DNA of 60,134 nt, counting the filler, from Sphacelaria rigidula (Eukaryota), in assembly GCA_964200075.2 (NCBI GenBank). It is 8 parts of 8 records of this genome, joined end to end, with 100 filler letters (N's around TTAATTAATTAA, not from the genome) between each part and the next. Parts side by side here need not be neighbours in the genome. Positions count along the whole stretch, not along the records: positions 52,706 to 60,134 come from CAXNAA020014966.1; 7 more parts are not named here. One strand, given 5' to 3'. The notes under the pieces were generated by a model, which did not search any database, was not told where the DNA came from, and worked only from the letters and a program-made list of their open reading frames with translations. The translations under genes and the position numbers were made by a program. Each line of letters opens with the position of its first letter. The first letter of the stretch is position 1. Of this stretch, positions 58,147-60,134 are shown piece by piece.

Positions 58147-59599
58147 GGAGCCTTTCATTGAGGATGACTGATGAGCCGAAAAATTCAAATCTTCGTATGC
58201 ACAACAGTTCTTCGAAGTATGGTTGCATTTCACCTTCTGGTAGATGTAGACAACTACTACACACCACACAGATTTGGATTCTGATGAGACAGCGGGTTTG
58301 CATGGCCCGATTTCAAGAGATAAAGGCCAACATTTTGAATCGAGGTTTATATTGTTAAGACGCAAAAACTTATTGGAATATACCTACAGGCAGGCTGTTT
58401 CAGGGTGATTGCCCAAAATGTATCTCCCATTACACACAAAACGCAACAGTTGTTGCCCGGTAGGAACACATAATATTCGTATGATAGTGACCCCCACGAG
58501 CAAGCGAACAGTGTGACATAGTCAGCTTCTTTCTTGCGTCCTCTGACGCGTGGCACTGGTGGTGAAAATGTTTCTCTGCCAATCAGGGACCTTCAGATTG
58601 TTCTCAAGTAACAATGCGAATTCCCGACTCAATAGGTACTCAATCTCATCACGTATCAAACCTTAGTAACCCCCATCAGCTGGGGAATCTAACGCAAGAA
58701 ACGGGTTTATTTTGAAAACGGTTTGTATAGGATCGAGTAAAACCCCGAAACGTGGTGTTCCGGTGATGATGTGGGGTATTGGCGTCGTCGGATTTCCACT
58801 GTAACATGCGTCGAAGACCCACACAGCCCCTTGGCCTTTTTTCCCTTGTAACTTTTATCGAAAAGCTCCAACCATCCTTAAACTTTGCAATTCTGTGAAT
58901 ATGGGTGCTGCAAATGGAGAAAAGAAACATTACAGAAGATCTCAGAGTTTATATGAAGGTGTCATCCGACCCTATCTTGTGCAACAGGAGCACAATGGAT
59001 CTAGAGTGTCGAGCTCTCCAAGATTCACACTCAAGGTCCTCGCACCTATTGGATCGAATAGGAAGCTCAAACAGGAAGCTGGTTCCCACTTTCTCAATCT
59101 GACGGTTCTCGTTCCTAGCTTTCACCAGGATTCACCAGACAGAATGCAGTGATTGATGGCTGAACGTCCAAGCTGAGAGTGGGGACAGCTGGGGGAGGTC
59201 AGAGCCTCTCCCTGGATCTACCGTCTATACTCGGAAGGCGTGCTGCCCTCCGGGATCCGGGGAGGACATCAATCTGATCTACACCTGCCCCAAAGCGCAT
59301 TTGCCCCACGGAACCTCCCAAGGATCGGACAAATAATGAATCGTCTGGAAATTACTTGGTTTAAGTATAATGAGTCGNNNNNNNNNNTTTGGGGCACTCA
59401 GGCCGAAGAAATTGTGAATTTGGTGATTTTGAGTCGTGATGATTTATCCTAACCGTGACTACACATAAAGATCCTATTGTGAGGAAGGCGTACCGCGAGA
59501 GTAGTCAGAGACCTAGACTGCCGTCCTGATGTCGAAGGAACTCCGAGGCTGGCGATGATTTCCTCTTGTATACTAAGTATGTAGCCAAGAAGTGGGGTC

Positions 59600-60134
59600 T
59601 GTGACGCTAGCAGGTTTGCTAGTACTGCAGCGTCTAAATGTTGTTGAGGGACTCCCCAGCTCCACTGGCCTCAAGGTCTCAGTTATCAGCCTTTACAACA
59701 CCTTATCATTATTCGGAGTAAACACCTGTGGCCTTCCATCAGGTCTGGGCTACACAGCAAGGGTCATCATCCACAGGATGCCCTTGTCCCCTGGTCATCA
59801 TCCAGGATCCACTACATACTCAACCGTGACGGCGTGATTTCGCCACAGCACCCCCAAAGCGTGTTGAACGAGAATCGAGCAACAAGCTTGACACTCAGAA
59901 AACTAACGCCAAAAAGATTGAGCAAGTGACAACTGAATACCAAACTCACGCGTAATGCGAGCAGCAATGGAACGAGTCACTCGCACCTTACGGAACTCCT
60001 TCTTGAGAAATTTCGGAGCTGCCTCAAACATATTTTTAAAAGGCTTCCACGAACGCTCCTCGACTTCAAAACCTACCTAGTCGACCAATACGATCAACGA
60101 ACGATCCTCTGCCTCTGCCACGCGATCAATCCCA
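59600..60134 (-). mobile_element. 3' end of a chromovirus: chromodomain relic, PPT and 248-bp 3' LTR (59600-59847)
   Basis: Minus strand LIVLVD*VGFEVEERSWKPFKNMFEAAPKFLKKEFRK (chromodomain, stop where Trp is expected); LTR TG...CA. Confidence 0.87.

Noticed and set aside
1-60134. Window begins TG and ends CA, like one LTR or proviral element
   Set aside because: The ends belong to unrelated contigs and share no repeat.

Overview
This window is not one locus. It is eight unrelated contigs (7430, 7430 and six of 7429 bp) joined by seven identical 100-bp spacers (N44-TTAATTAATTAA-N44), so adjacency across a spacer means nothing. The DNA is eukaryotic, intron-rich and repeat-rich, and is most consistent with a brown alga (inferred from gene families and TTAGGG-type repeats). 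Contig 1 holds a decayed Ty3/Gypsy chromovirus. Host gene fragments are: a tyrosinase-family-like first exon, a two-exon RING-H2 ligase, a spliced LPMO-like (EsV-1-166-type) gene that looks broken at its N-terminus, an orphan CrtI-like exon, a BTB/POZ exon cut by an insertion, and the 3' half of a bromodomain gene. The rest is a dense set of non-autonomous transposons, many with readable TSDs (PIF/Harbinger, hAT, piggyBac, Tc1/mariner, P-like), a tRNA-derived SINE, a second chromovirus family and LINE relics. The most interesting signal is a LINE plus a short non-autonomous partner whose 3' ends abut and insert into poly(C) runs, with a 16-bp TSD confirmed by an empty paralogous site in the window. 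Protein family names come from motif recognition and recall, not from database searches.
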